Made by a program: the position numbers and the translations under genes. DNA of 64,000 bases from Clostridiales bacterium (GTDB lineage: Bacteria > Bacillota > Dehalobacteriia > UBA4068), in the NCBI GenBank assembly GCA_040767605.1, contig JAXGOI010000001.1:726814-790813 (forward strand), written 5' to 3'. This document shows, piece by piece, positions 39,502 through 48,894 of the stretch. Under the pieces are notes generated by a model that saw only the letters and a list, made by a program, of their open reading frames with translations, was not told the DNA's origin and made no database searches. The stretch's first letter is position 1, and each line of letters begins with the position of its first letter.

Positions 39502-40119
39502 TCAGCTTTTTATAAAAAGCCAGAGAAGAGGGTCCTGATATTTACCCTCCTGTAAAAGGGAAAAGCTTAAAGGCTCCTGCCCTAGGGTAGCAATATATGC
39601 CCCGGCTTTAACCCTTTGCCCCCTGATAACTTCTATTTTGCTTAGCCCCCCATAAAGGGTTTTAAAACCGTTTTCATGGTCAATTTCAATCAAATAAAAA
39701 CCGTCCAGCATAATTACGGAATTAATTATGCCGCCTGCGGAGGCTTTAACCCTTTCCCCCTCTTCACCCCGGATAAGCACACCGGCATTGGCTTGCCCTT
39801 CCTCCGCACTTTGAGAAAAATCCCTTACCACAATGCCTGAAACGGGTAAAATAAATTCCGGCGTATTTATTGTTTTCCCCGCCGGAAGAATTTCCTCCAT
39901 TGGGAACCAGCTCTCGGCTAAAGACAAGCCCTCCGCCCTAAAATAACGGGCATAATCTCCTAAAAGCCCCGGGGCTAAAGAATAATGCCAAATTGAAAAT
40001 ACTAAAATAATTGCCCCTAAAATTTGGGATAAAAGCAGCCAGCGCCGGCGTAAGCCCCGCCGCTTGCCTGAAGGCCCCGCCGGAATTTGGGCCCGGGCAA
40101 AATCATTTATGCTTCCCAT
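39502..40119 (-). CDS. Membrane-anchored M23/LytM-domain protein, catalytically degenerate (SpoIVFA-like)
   Basis: One TM helix. C-terminal LytM fold (IEIDHENGFKTLYGGLSKIEVIRGQRVKAGAYIATLG) lacking the HxH motif (the sequence there is LSFSLLQEG). Confidence 0.55.
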   Translation of the reverse strand: MGSINDFARAQIPAGPSGKRRGLRRRWLLLSQILGAIILVFSIWHYSLAPGLLGDYARYFRAEGLSLAESWFPMEEILPAGKTINTPEFILPVSGIVVRDFSQSAEEGQANAGVLIRGEEGERVKASAGGIINSVIMLDGFYLIEIDHENGFKTLYGGLSKIEVIRGQRVKAGAYIATLGQEPLSFSLLQEGKYQDPLLWLFIKS

Positions 40120-40227
40120 ATTATCACCTGAGGACAGACTTAATACTATAGATATATGCGCCGGTCTTTATAATATGCCCCGGTATAAAAAGGAAAATAA
40201 TTTTTTATTTCCCCCCCCGTAAAGAAA

Positions 40228-40254
40228 AAGGCGGCGGGCAAAGCCCCCCGCCTT
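40228..40254 (-). terminator. Rho-independent terminator after the homocysteine methyltransferase gene
   Basis: Minus-strand AAGGCGGGGGGCTTTGCCCGCCGCCTT hairpin followed by TTTTCTTT. Confidence 0.6.
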
Positions 40255-40276
40255 AAAGCTTACATTTTAAAGGTTT

Positions 40277-41155
40277 TTAATAGCCCTTTTGAGCAATCAG
40301 CTTAACCAAAGCTTTAATATGCTCCGGAGTTGTACCACAGCAGCCGCCCACCAGCTGCACCCCGGCTTTAAGGCAGGCCTCCATACCCCGGGCAAAATCC
40401 CCGGGAGACATATCATAATAGGTTAGGCCATTTTCCAGCCTGGGTTTACCTGCATTAGGCTGAACGCAAACCGGCAACCCAACGGGAAGCATATTTTCAG
40501 CTATTTGGGCTAATTCTTCAGGGTTTAAATCTCCGCAATTTGCCCCTATTACCGTACCCCCGGCTTCTTTTACGGCCTCTGCGCATTTAATTGCCGTATC
40601 CCCCATAAAGGTAACCCCGCCTTTTTTTAAGGAGCTGAAGGTGAGAGAAACAATTACCGGCAGATTACTCACTTCCCGGCAGGCTTTAAGAGCCAGCAAA
40701 GCCTCTTTTAATTGAAAAACCGTTTCGATAATAAAGCCGTCGGCCCCCGCCCCGGCTAAATATTTTGCCTGCTCTAAAAAAGAAGCAAAAAAATCTTCTT
40801 CCCTCCCGGCGCCAAAAGGCTGCAGTAAATCCCCGGTGGGGCCCATATCCCCTAAAACATAAGCCTTGCCCGCCGCCGCTTTTTTAGCGATTTCTACCCC
40901 GGCGGCATTGGCTTTAGCCAAATCCAGCCCGCCCTTTTTTGCCGAATAAATCGAGTTTAGGGTAAGGGTATTTGTAATAATACAATTGCAGCCGGCCTCG
41001 ATATACTCCCTATGAACCTCCTCTACCCCTTGGGGGCAGCTTAAATTATAGGTATCCCCGCTGAAATCATAGCCCTTGGCAACTAAACGGCTGCCCATAC
41101 CCCCGTCTAAAATCAGCCTTTGGCCTTTTATTATGGCATCTTCAAATTTTATCAT
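40277..41155 (-). CDS. Homocysteine S-methyltransferase domain protein (stand-alone, MmuM/MetH N-domain-like)
   Basis: 292 aa. Zn-binding Cys pattern of Pfam S-methyl_trans (GANCG, …GGCCGTTPEHI). Confidence 0.75.
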   Translation of the reverse strand: MIKFEDAIIKGQRLILDGGMGSRLVAKGYDFSGDTYNLSCPQGVEEVHREYIEAGCNCIITNTLTLNSIYSAKKGGLDLAKANAAGVEIAKKAAAGKAYVLGDMGPTGDLLQPFGAGREEDFFASFLEQAKYLAGAGADGFIIETVFQLKEALLALKACREVSNLPVIVSLTFSSLKKGGVTFMGDTAIKCAEAVKEAGGTVIGANCGDLNPEELAQIAENMLPVGLPVCVQPNAGKPRLENGLTYYDMSPGDFARGMEACLKAGVQLVGGCCGTTPEHIKALVKLIAQKGY

Positions 41156-41180
41156 TAGCTTACCTCTTATTAATTATATT

Positions 41181-42350
41181 TTAAAAAAGAGAAGTTTTAG
41201 AGCGCATTGCCACGCTGAAAACCAAACCCAGAGACATCATATTAATCAGCATACTGCTGCCCCCATAGCTTAAAAAAGGCAGGGGCAGGCCGGTAATGGG
41301 CATTACCCCCACAGCCATTCCGGCATTAACAAATACCTGAAAGGCAAACATAATAATAACACCTGAAACCATAGTTAAGCCCAGCCTATCCTTGGCGTTA
41401 TAGGCTATTCTAAGGCCTCTTAAAAGCATTGCCAAATATAAAAGCAAAATCCCCACGGCACCTATAAAGCCTAATTCCTCCCCCACAACGGAGAAAATAA
41501 AATCCGTATGATGCTCAGGCAAAAAATTGCCCTGTACCTGAGAGCCCTGGCCATAGCCCTTGCCCCATAAACCCCCGGAGCCAATGGCAACCTCGGATTG
41601 TATCATATGATAGCCGGAATTTAAAGGATCCATATAGGGGTTAATAAAAATAATCAGCCTGGTAAACTGATAGGGCTTTAAAGGCAGCCAAGAGGGCAGC
41701 TCCCCCTCTTCAGGCAAATACTGAAAGCCGCCGGTTGCAAAATACAGCATGCCAAAAAGGAGCAGAAGAAGAATTACCCCAATAAGCACTATGATTATAA
41801 TAAGCCTGGGGGAAACCCCGGCCACCCAAGCCATAGCAAAGGCAAAAACAATAAAAGCCATGGCTGTTCCCAAATCCGGCTCAATTATAATCAGAACAAA
41901 GGGAATAGCCATATATAAAGCGGCAAATAATAAATTCCGTTTTAAATTAAGCTCATCCTTTTTGCCTAATAAAAAGCAGGCAAAGGCAATAATCATAATT
42001 AGCTTCCCCAGCTCGGAGGGCTGAAAATCCATAAACCCCAAATCAAACCAGCGGTGGGCCCCCTTGCTTTCCGGAGCAAAAAGCACTCCGATTAAAAGCA
42101 TAATTAAAAAAATATACATAAAATGGTATATCTTTTGGTAACTATGATAATCCACCGCGGCAACTAAGATCATGGCAATGAAGCCTATGCCTATCCACAA
42201 AAGCTGCCTTTGTACCAAATACAGGGGCTTACTGGGGTAAACATTTGCAGATGCGCTTTTTAAAATAATTAAATTAATTATTAAAATACCTAAAACAAGG
42301 CCCAGCATCAGCCAATCCATATTTTTAAGAAGTCTTTTTGCCCCGTTCAT
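41181..42350 (-). CDS. rodA: Rod-shape-determining SEDS protein RodA (FtsW/RodA/SpoVE family)
   Basis: 389 aa, 10-TM SEDS family. Position next to minCDE and PBP2. Confidence 0.8.
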   Translation of the reverse strand: MNGAKRLLKNMDWLMLGLVLGILIINLIILKSASANVYPSKPLYLVQRQLLWIGIGFIAMILVAAVDYHSYQKIYHFMYIFLIMLLIGVLFAPESKGAHRWFDLGFMDFQPSELGKLIMIIAFACFLLGKKDELNLKRNLLFAALYMAIPFVLIIIEPDLGTAMAFIVFAFAMAWVAGVSPRLIIIIVLIGVILLLLLFGMLYFATGGFQYLPEEGELPSWLPLKPYQFTRLIIFINPYMDPLNSGYHMIQSEVAIGSGGLWGKGYGQGSQVQGNFLPEHHTDFIFSVVGEELGFIGAVGILLLYLAMLLRGLRIAYNAKDRLGLTMVSGVIIMFAFQVFVNAGMAVGVMPITGLPLPFLSYGGSSMLINMMSLGLVFSVAMRSKTSLF

Positions 42351-42529
42351 ACTGCTCCTTTATTCTTTAACTGTAATAATAAGCCTAAAACTCCTTTATA
42401 TTATATAAATTCTGCGGCCCCTATTGCAAGGGCTTGCTAAAAAAAGCAAAATAATTTAAGCCGGCTTTTTTTTATGCTCAGGCTCTAAGGCTTATAATTA
42501 CAGCCCGGCTTTTGCCGGGCTGCAGAGTT

Positions 42530-42808
42530 TTAAGAAACTGTTCTTTTTACCTTAAGTACAGGAATATTTGCAATTAAAGCTACCCCGTCATCCTCTTTGC
42601 TGAGAGAAACCTCAAGAGCGGATTGATCAATATCCATATATCTGCCGATTACCTCTATTAAATCATTACGCAGGTTTTCCATAATAGTTTCGGAAATATC
42701 CATTCTGTCATGGACTAAAACCAGGCGCAAGCGCTCTTTTGCAATATTTTTACTTGACGAGGTGCTTTCTTTGCCAAAAAAACGGCTCAGGGCCTCTAAG
42801 ATTCCCAT
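42530..42808 (-). CDS. minE: Cell division topological specificity factor MinE
   Basis: The start is the ATG at 42808 (MGILEALSRFFGK), with a GGGGAGGG RBS. The track ORF extends into minD. Confidence 0.85.
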   Translation of the reverse strand: MGILEALSRFFGKESTSSSKNIAKERLRLVLVHDRMDISETIMENLRNDLIEVIGRYMDIDQSALEVSLSKEDDGVALIANIPVLKVKRTVS

Positions 42809-42824
42809 TGATGTCCCTCCCCTT

Positions 42825-43619
42825 CTATTCTCTGGTAAACAGGTTTTTAAGCTTGCCCCAGAAGCCGGTTTCCTCGTCAAGATTCATTAAAGGAACCTCC
42901 TCTCCGCAAATGCGGCGGGCAATATTGCGAAAAGCCTGCCCAGGGCGGGAATTATCATCTAAAACCGTTGGCTCTCCCCTATTGGTGGAGATAACAATAG
43001 CATCGTCATCCGGCACTATGCCTAAAAGGTCTATGGCCAGAATTTCCATCATATCATCAACGCTCATCATATCCCCGCTTTTCACCATTTTGCTGCGGAT
43101 TCTATTAACAATCAGCTTAGGCGAGGGCATTTCCGCGGCTTCTATAAGGCCGATTATCCGGTCTGCATCCCTTACGGCGGAAACCTCAGGTGTAGTAACC
43201 ACAACGGCCTCTTCCGCCCCGGATATGGCATTTCTAAAGCCATGCTCAATACCTGCCGGGCAATCGATAATCACATAATCAAATTCTTCTTTTAAATTAG
43301 CGCAAAGTTCCTTCATTTGCTCCGCGCTAACCGAGGTTTTATCCTTTGTTTGCGCAGCCGGAAGCAAAAACATATTCTCCAGGCGCTTATCTTTAATTAA
43401 TGCCTGCTTAAGGCGGCAGTTGCCCCTTACAACATCTACAATATCGTAGACTATGCGATTTTCAAGCCCCAAAACTACATCTAAATTACGCAGGCCGATA
43501 TCGGTATCCACCATTACCACAGATTTCCCCAGCATTGCCAGACCGGCGCCGATATTTGCCGTAGTCGTAGTTTTGCCTACCCCGCCCTTGCCCGAGGTAA
43601 TCACTATGACAGTTCCCAT
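42825..43619 (-). CDS. minD: Septum site-determining ATPase MinD
   Basis: Deviant Walker A GKGGVGKTTT. 264 aa. Confidence 0.95.
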   Translation of the reverse strand: MGTVIVITSGKGGVGKTTTTANIGAGLAMLGKSVVMVDTDIGLRNLDVVLGLENRIVYDIVDVVRGNCRLKQALIKDKRLENMFLLPAAQTKDKTSVSAEQMKELCANLKEEFDYVIIDCPAGIEHGFRNAISGAEEAVVVTTPEVSAVRDADRIIGLIEAAEMPSPKLIVNRIRSKMVKSGDMMSVDDMMEILAIDLLGIVPDDDAIVISTNRGEPTVLDDNSRPGQAFRNIARRICGEEVPLMNLDEETGFWGKLKNLFTRE

Positions 43620-43715
43620 ATTGTTGCCTCCTTGCCCAAATTAAAAGCAGGCAAAAGCCCGCTTAAAGCCTTTTTTAAATCTTCTTTGTTTTATATAAAT
43701 TATATAACTTTTTTA

Positions 43716-44102
43716 TTATTCAATACCGCTGTGGGCGGATATGTATTTTTCTATAATAACTTCATTATTTTTAATTCTGGCGGTTTCCGCCATATTTTCC
43801 TGTAAAACCTTGCTGCCGTCAGGGGGGCGGGTTATATGAGAGGAAATTCTCAGTTGGGTAGGGTTAAGGGATAGAGCCGTAACAGTTGAGCTTTCATCCC
43901 CGGTGGCCCCGGCATGAACAACACCCCTTAAAGCTCCCATAACTAAAATATGCCCGGAGGCAATAATTTCGGCCCCGGGGTTTACATCCCCTAAAACAAC
44001 AATATTACCGTCATAGCTGATATTTTGCCCCGAGCGCAATGTGCGCTGAACTAAAATTGTCGGGCGGCTGCTGACACCTTCTTCCCAAAAGGTTTTGTTC
44101 AA
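43716..44102 (-). CDS. minC: MinC C-terminal domain only (short MinC, 128 aa)
   Basis: Beta-helix MinC C-domain (GQNISYDGNIVVLGDVNPGAEIIASGHILVMGALRGVVHAGATGD). There is no N-terminal FtsZ-interaction domain, and 173 bp of non-coding sequence lie upstream. Confidence 0.75.
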   Translation of the reverse strand: MNKTFWEEGVSSRPTILVQRTLRSGQNISYDGNIVVLGDVNPGAEIIASGHILVMGALRGVVHAGATGDESSTVTALSLNPTQLRISSHITRPPDGSKVLQENMAETARIKNNEVIIEKYISAHSGIE

Positions 44103-44275
44103 AAAACTCCCCTCCCGGCCTTAATTTTAAGGTTTATTCACTTTTCTACACTTAATAATTAAATCCTCCCAAGATAAAGAAATTCCAGCCCGAGTTAAGA
44201 AATACCTGCCGGGCTTTTAACTTTTTATCTCTTTCCCTTAGGCGGCAGGCTTATAATTTAAGGCTTTGGCGGCTA

Positions 44276-46177
44276 TTATTCCGGGGAGGGGGGTAAATCG
44301 TCTGGTAAGGGCTCGGGGTTTATCTTAAAATACTCTTCCATAACCTGGCGGCAGACAACACCCCCGGTAGTACCCCCTCTGTAGCCATATTCTATCAGGC
44401 AGGCAAAGGCAACTTCAGGCTCCTCATAGGGGGCAAAAGCCACAAATACCCCATGGAATTCCTTGGTTTTATCGTCTCCGGGCAAACCGGTTTGGGCTGT
44501 GCCGGTTTTACCGGCAACCGCTATGGGGAAATCCCTGAAAACCGAGCTTGCCGTGCCCCCCGGCTCAATAACGGAGCGCATACCTCTTTTTATCTCGGCT
44601 AAGCCCGCTTCGCTTACCTCCACGGTATTTAAAAGCACCGGCTCAAATTGGCTTAAAACTTCACCCTCGGGGGAAAGGATTTTATCCACTAAATAAGGCT
44701 GAAAACGATTGCCCCCATTGGCAATAGCCGCCACATAATTAGCTAATTGAATAGGGGTTACCATATTATAGCCCTGCCCCATAGACATATAAAATGTATC
44801 GTAATTTCTCCACTCGTACTCCCAGTGGTCTGAAGGGAATTGGCTTTTCTTCCATTCCGGGTTGGGGAGAACACCAGCAACCTCTCCGGGTAAATTAATC
44901 CCTGTTTTTTGTCCGAAGCCCAGTTCATAACAGGTTTCGTATAATTGATCTATACCCACCCTATAAGCCATTTCCTGAAAATATGTATTACAGGAAAGGG
45001 CCAGAGCCCGGTTAAGGTTAACCGCCCCATGAGATGAAGGGCATTTCGCCCTCGGCTGGCGCCAGGCGGCGGGGGAGCAGGTAACAATATCCCGTGGGCT
45101 AATTTTATCCGAGGCCATAATAGCGGCGGCTGTTGCCATTTTAAAGGTGGAACCGGGGGGATAAGCCCCGGCAATAGCCCGGTTAACCATAGGTTTATCT
45201 GTATTTTCCAAATAGTACCCGGCTTTATCACGGCTCAGGCCATTGGCAAAATCATTAGGGTCTAAAGTGGGGTAGCTTGCCATGGCAATAACGGCCCCGG
45301 TTTTTACATCCAGCAAAACCGCCGAGGCAGCCTTAGATTTTGGATGCTCCTCCTGAACTTTTTTTACCATATCCTCCAAGGCTTGTTCCATAACTTCCTG
45401 CACAGAGGCGTCCAGGGTAAGCACTAAAGAATTGCCTGAAACCGGGTTTTGATTTGAAAGAACCCGTACGGGGCGGCTTTTGGAATTAACCTCTACTTTT
45501 TGAATACCCTTTACCCCCCTTAGGCCAATTTCTTTGCCGTCCAGGGTAAACCGCTCCATAACTTTTTCTAAACCGGATTTCCCCAGCCAATCGTTTAAAA
45601 GATAATCATATTCGGTAACCAGGTTTTTCTCTTCCGGAGAGAGCTTGCCTACTGTGCCGATAATATGCCCCGCCGTATCCCCCAAAGGGTAATAGCGCAT
45701 AGGCTCCTCCATAATCAGCATACCCGGTATTTGCTCCCGCATTTCCTCTAAAAGGGTAATTACCCTAAGGCCTTCCTCATAGGGGTAGCGCTTAATTACT
45801 ACCGGCTCATAGCTGCGGGCATTGCTTTCCAAAGCCTCAATTATAACTTGAGGGGTTATTTCCTCATCCTCTAAAAGGGGGGCTAAAATATTGGCTAAGG
45901 CCTCTTTATCGCTAATTTCCGACGAGGCTAGGGCAATTGCAAAAACCGGCTTACTGGTAGCAAGCTCCGTCATATTTTTATCATAAATATTGCCTCTTCT
46001 GGCAGCCTGAGTAAGCACCCTTATTCTGTTTTTATCAGATAAGGTTGCATAATCGGCATCATTGGCAATTTGCAAATAATAAAGCCTGAAAAATAAAATT
46101 CCAAACAGCAATAATACTACCGCCGCAATTACCAAAAGCTTATAGTTTTTTTCTTTTTTGGGTTTATTTAAAGCCAT
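44276..46177 (-). CDS. mrdA: Penicillin-binding protein 2 (class B transpeptidase; MrdA/SpoVD-like)
   Basis: N-terminal TM helix and dimerisation domain. Transpeptidase motifs STFK, SCN (ALSCNTYF) and KTGT. Confidence 0.9.
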   Translation of the reverse strand: MALNKPKKEKNYKLLVIAAVVLLLFGILFFRLYYLQIANDADYATLSDKNRIRVLTQAARRGNIYDKNMTELATSKPVFAIALASSEISDKEALANILAPLLEDEEITPQVIIEALESNARSYEPVVIKRYPYEEGLRVITLLEEMREQIPGMLIMEEPMRYYPLGDTAGHIIGTVGKLSPEEKNLVTEYDYLLNDWLGKSGLEKVMERFTLDGKEIGLRGVKGIQKVEVNSKSRPVRVLSNQNPVSGNSLVLTLDASVQEVMEQALEDMVKKVQEEHPKSKAASAVLLDVKTGAVIAMASYPTLDPNDFANGLSRDKAGYYLENTDKPMVNRAIAGAYPPGSTFKMATAAAIMASDKISPRDIVTCSPAAWRQPRAKCPSSHGAVNLNRALALSCNTYFQEMAYRVGIDQLYETCYELGFGQKTGINLPGEVAGVLPNPEWKKSQFPSDHWEYEWRNYDTFYMSMGQGYNMVTPIQLANYVAAIANGGNRFQPYLVDKILSPEGEVLSQFEPVLLNTVEVSEAGLAEIKRGMRSVIEPGGTASSVFRDFPIAVAGKTGTAQTGLPGDDKTKEFHGVFVAFAPYEEPEVAFACLIEYGYRGGTTGGVVCRQVMEEYFKINPEPLPDDLPPSPE

Positions 46178-46186
46178 AGCTCCCCC

Positions 46187-46687
46187 TTAAACCTCGGGTT
46201 TTGAGGAATACTGAATAAAATACAAATAAACTGCCACATAAATAAAAGGCGTTAAAACCATATTATATAAGCCTCTGGGTATAAACACCCCCCAAAGGGT
46301 TTGCCATAGGGGCAAATTAAGCCCGCTAAGCCAGCTGAAAATAATATAAATTAGGCCGCAGCTTAAAGTTCCGAAAAATATCGCAAAAAGAGGAATTAAA
46401 TAATTATCCTTATAAAACTTAGTGCATACATAGGGAATAATAAACCCTGTAAAACCTTTAGCCAGCACATTAAGGCCAATATATTTGCCGGAAAGCAAAT
46501 CCTCTAAAAGGCCGATGGCAAGCCCGGCCCCCAGACCCCAAAAGGGAGTTTTTAAAAGGCCGGTAAAAATTACAAAAAAAAGCAAAAGATCCGGGGTGGC
46601 CCCCATAAAAGACCAAAGAGGAACCCAGGCCTCCTGCAATGCCAAAGCCAGAATAAGCAATAGGGCATAAACAATTTTTTTAGCCAT
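46187..46687 (-). CDS. mreD: Rod shape-determining protein MreD
   Basis: Polytopic membrane protein. The likely start is the ATG at 46687 (MAKKIVYALL), overlapping the mreC stop. The track ORF extends to 46729. Confidence 0.7.
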   Translation of the reverse strand: MAKKIVYALLLILALALQEAWVPLWSFMGATPDLLLFFVIFTGLLKTPFWGLGAGLAIGLLEDLLSGKYIGLNVLAKGFTGFIIPYVCTKFYKDNYLIPLFAIFFGTLSCGLIYIIFSWLSGLNLPLWQTLWGVFIPRGLYNMVLTPFIYVAVYLYFIQYSSKPEV

Positions 46688-47591
46688 CTTCCCGCCCCTC
46701 CCCGTTTTCGCCGGGATTATCCTCGGCATCAGGCTGGGTTAAAATAGGCAGGGAAGAATCCCGGGCATAATCCGGAACATTTGTTAAAACAAAAAGGCTG
46801 CCCAGGCGTTCAAAATCCACAAAGGGCTTAATATTGGCCTTAAGCATTAAATCGCCCTTATCGGGGTTAATTTCCGTTATATAGCCGATTCTCAGGCCTC
46901 GGGGGAATATACCCCCCAGGCCGGAGGTTATTACAACCTGATCCTTCATTAGCCTGGCCCCGTAGGGAATATGTATCATATAGACACTTTCCCCCTTGCC
47001 GGCGCCTTCCACCACCCCCGGGGTCTGGCTGATTTGCACCATGGCGCCGACGGCGCATTCTTTATCCGTAATTAAAATTACCTCAGATGTATATTCACTT
47101 ACCGAAATAATCCTTCCCACCAAGCCCTCGGTGGTAATAAGCGGCATATTCTTAGCGAAGTTTTTATTTTCTCCGCCTTTAATTGTAATAGTATTATACC
47201 AGCTGGCGCTGGAACGGCCGATAATAGTGGTGGCAGCGGGGCTCCACTCCTGAATTTCCTCAGCCATGCCCAGCATTTCTCTTAAATAAGTATTTTCAAG
47301 CCCCGCCTCCTCAAGGAGGTTAATTTGGCTTTGCAAAGTGGCTATTTCTGTTTTTAGCTGCTCATTTTCTGCCGATAATGCACTTACCCCGGTAAAAAAC
47401 TGAGGGATTAGGCCAAATTTTTCATAAACGACTACAGCGCCCCTTTTCAGCGGCGCCACCATATCTCTAAGGCCCTTTTCAATAAGGGTAATATTCTCCC
47501 TTTCCATTGCGGTAGCGGAGGCGATGAAAAGCAGCGTCACAATAAAGAGGGCAATTAAAATAATTTTTGTTTTTTTGCTTAAATTAGGCAT
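46680..47591 (-). CDS. mreC: Rod shape-determining protein MreC
   Basis: N-terminal TM helix, coiled-coil and beta domains. Acidic C-terminal tail. Confidence 0.85.
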   Translation of the reverse strand: MPNLSKKTKIILIALFIVTLLFIASATAMERENITLIEKGLRDMVAPLKRGAVVVYEKFGLIPQFFTGVSALSAENEQLKTEIATLQSQINLLEEAGLENTYLREMLGMAEEIQEWSPAATTIIGRSSASWYNTITIKGGENKNFAKNMPLITTEGLVGRIISVSEYTSEVILITDKECAVGAMVQISQTPGVVEGAGKGESVYMIHIPYGARLMKDQVVITSGLGGIFPRGLRIGYITEINPDKGDLMLKANIKPFVDFERLGSLFVLTNVPDYARDSSLPILTQPDAEDNPGENGEGREDG

Positions 47592-47710
47592 AAAAACCGG
47601 CCTTTATTTAAATTTGCTTTTAATTTCTCAATACCCCGGCTTAAGGCCCAGCCCTGGCTTTTTAAATAATTGGCCATTTAGTTTTAAGCTATTTAAAAAG
47701 ACTTCGGCGC

Positions 47711-48748
47711 TTATTTGCCGATATTGCGGGTAGGGGTTAATACCCGTCTGAGGCTGTTAATATTCTCGGCTATTTTACCAGTACCCAGGGCAACGGCGGC
47801 CAGGGGCTCTTCGGCAACATTGGCGGCAAGGCCTGTTTCGGCAGTTATTAAATTGCTCAGGCCGTAAAGAAGGGAGCCGCCGCCGGCCAAAATAATCCCC
47901 CTGTCCATAATATCTGCAGCTAATTCCGGGGGGGCGGCCTCCAGGCAGGATTTAACCGCCTCTACAATATCCCGTATAGGCTCGCTTAAGGCTAAGTTAA
48001 CCTCCTTGGCGGTAACCTCGACGGTTCTGGGCAGGCCGGTAATAGTATCTCTGCCTCTTACATCCATAGCCTTATAGCGGTAAATTTCATCTAAATAGGC
48101 ATTGCCTATTTCAATTTTAATATTTTCTGCGGTACGCTCGCCTATAACTAAATTATAGGTTCTGCGGATATGATTAATTATGGCTAAATCCATACCGTCC
48201 CCCGCTACGCGCACCGAGCGCACGGCAACCACACCCCCCAGGGAAATAATTGCCACCTCGGTAGTGCCGCCCCCAATATCCACTATCATATTGCCGTTTG
48301 GCTCATATACATTAAGGCCTATGCCAATAGCGGCCGCCATTGGCTCTTCCACCACATAGGCCTCATTGGCCCCGGCGGAAAGCGCCGCCTCTTTTACGGC
48401 CCTTTCCTCAACGGCGGTAACACCGGAGGGAACGCAAATAACCACCCTAATCCGGGTGAAAAGCCCCTTTTGCTTAATAGCCTTTTTTATAAAATATTTA
48501 AGCATGCTCTGGGTATAATCATAATCGGCAATAACCCCGTCTTTAATGGGGCGAATAGCGCAAATATTCCCCGGGGTGCGGCCAATCATATTTTTGGCTT
48601 CTTTACCTACCGCCAGAACATAGCCTTTATTTCTATCAATGGCAACAACGGAGGGCTCCCTTAAAACTACCCCCTTACCGCTAACATAAACCAAACTGTT
48701 GGCCGTACCTAAATCAATCCCGATATCCCTATGGAAAAGCATTCTCAC
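47711..48748 (-). CDS. mreB: Rod shape-determining actin homologue MreB
   Basis: [14 protein letters not shown] phosphate-1 motif. 345 aa. Confidence 0.95.
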   Translation of the reverse strand: MRMLFHRDIGIDLGTANSLVYVSGKGVVLREPSVVAIDRNKGYVLAVGKEAKNMIGRTPGNICAIRPIKDGVIADYDYTQSMLKYFIKKAIKQKGLFTRIRVVICVPSGVTAVEERAVKEAALSAGANEAYVVEEPMAAAIGIGLNVYEPNGNMIVDIGGGTTEVAIISLGGVVAVRSVRVAGDGMDLAIINHIRRTYNLVIGERTAENIKIEIGNAYLDEIYRYKAMDVRGRDTITGLPRTVEVTAKEVNLALSEPIRDIVEAVKSCLEAAPPELAADIMDRGIILAGGGSLLYGLSNLITAETGLAANVAEEPLAAVALGTGKIAENINSLRRVLTPTRNIGK

Positions 48749-48894
48749 ACCTCTTTTTATATTCTGCCTGGGGGCTGCCGAAAATCTCTATTATTTTGCG
48801 CCCCCTAATCTTTAATTATACGGTATATAAAACCCCTTAGCAAGACAGTAAGAAAAATTCCCAATTTTTAGCTTTGCCGGGGCAATTATACCGA

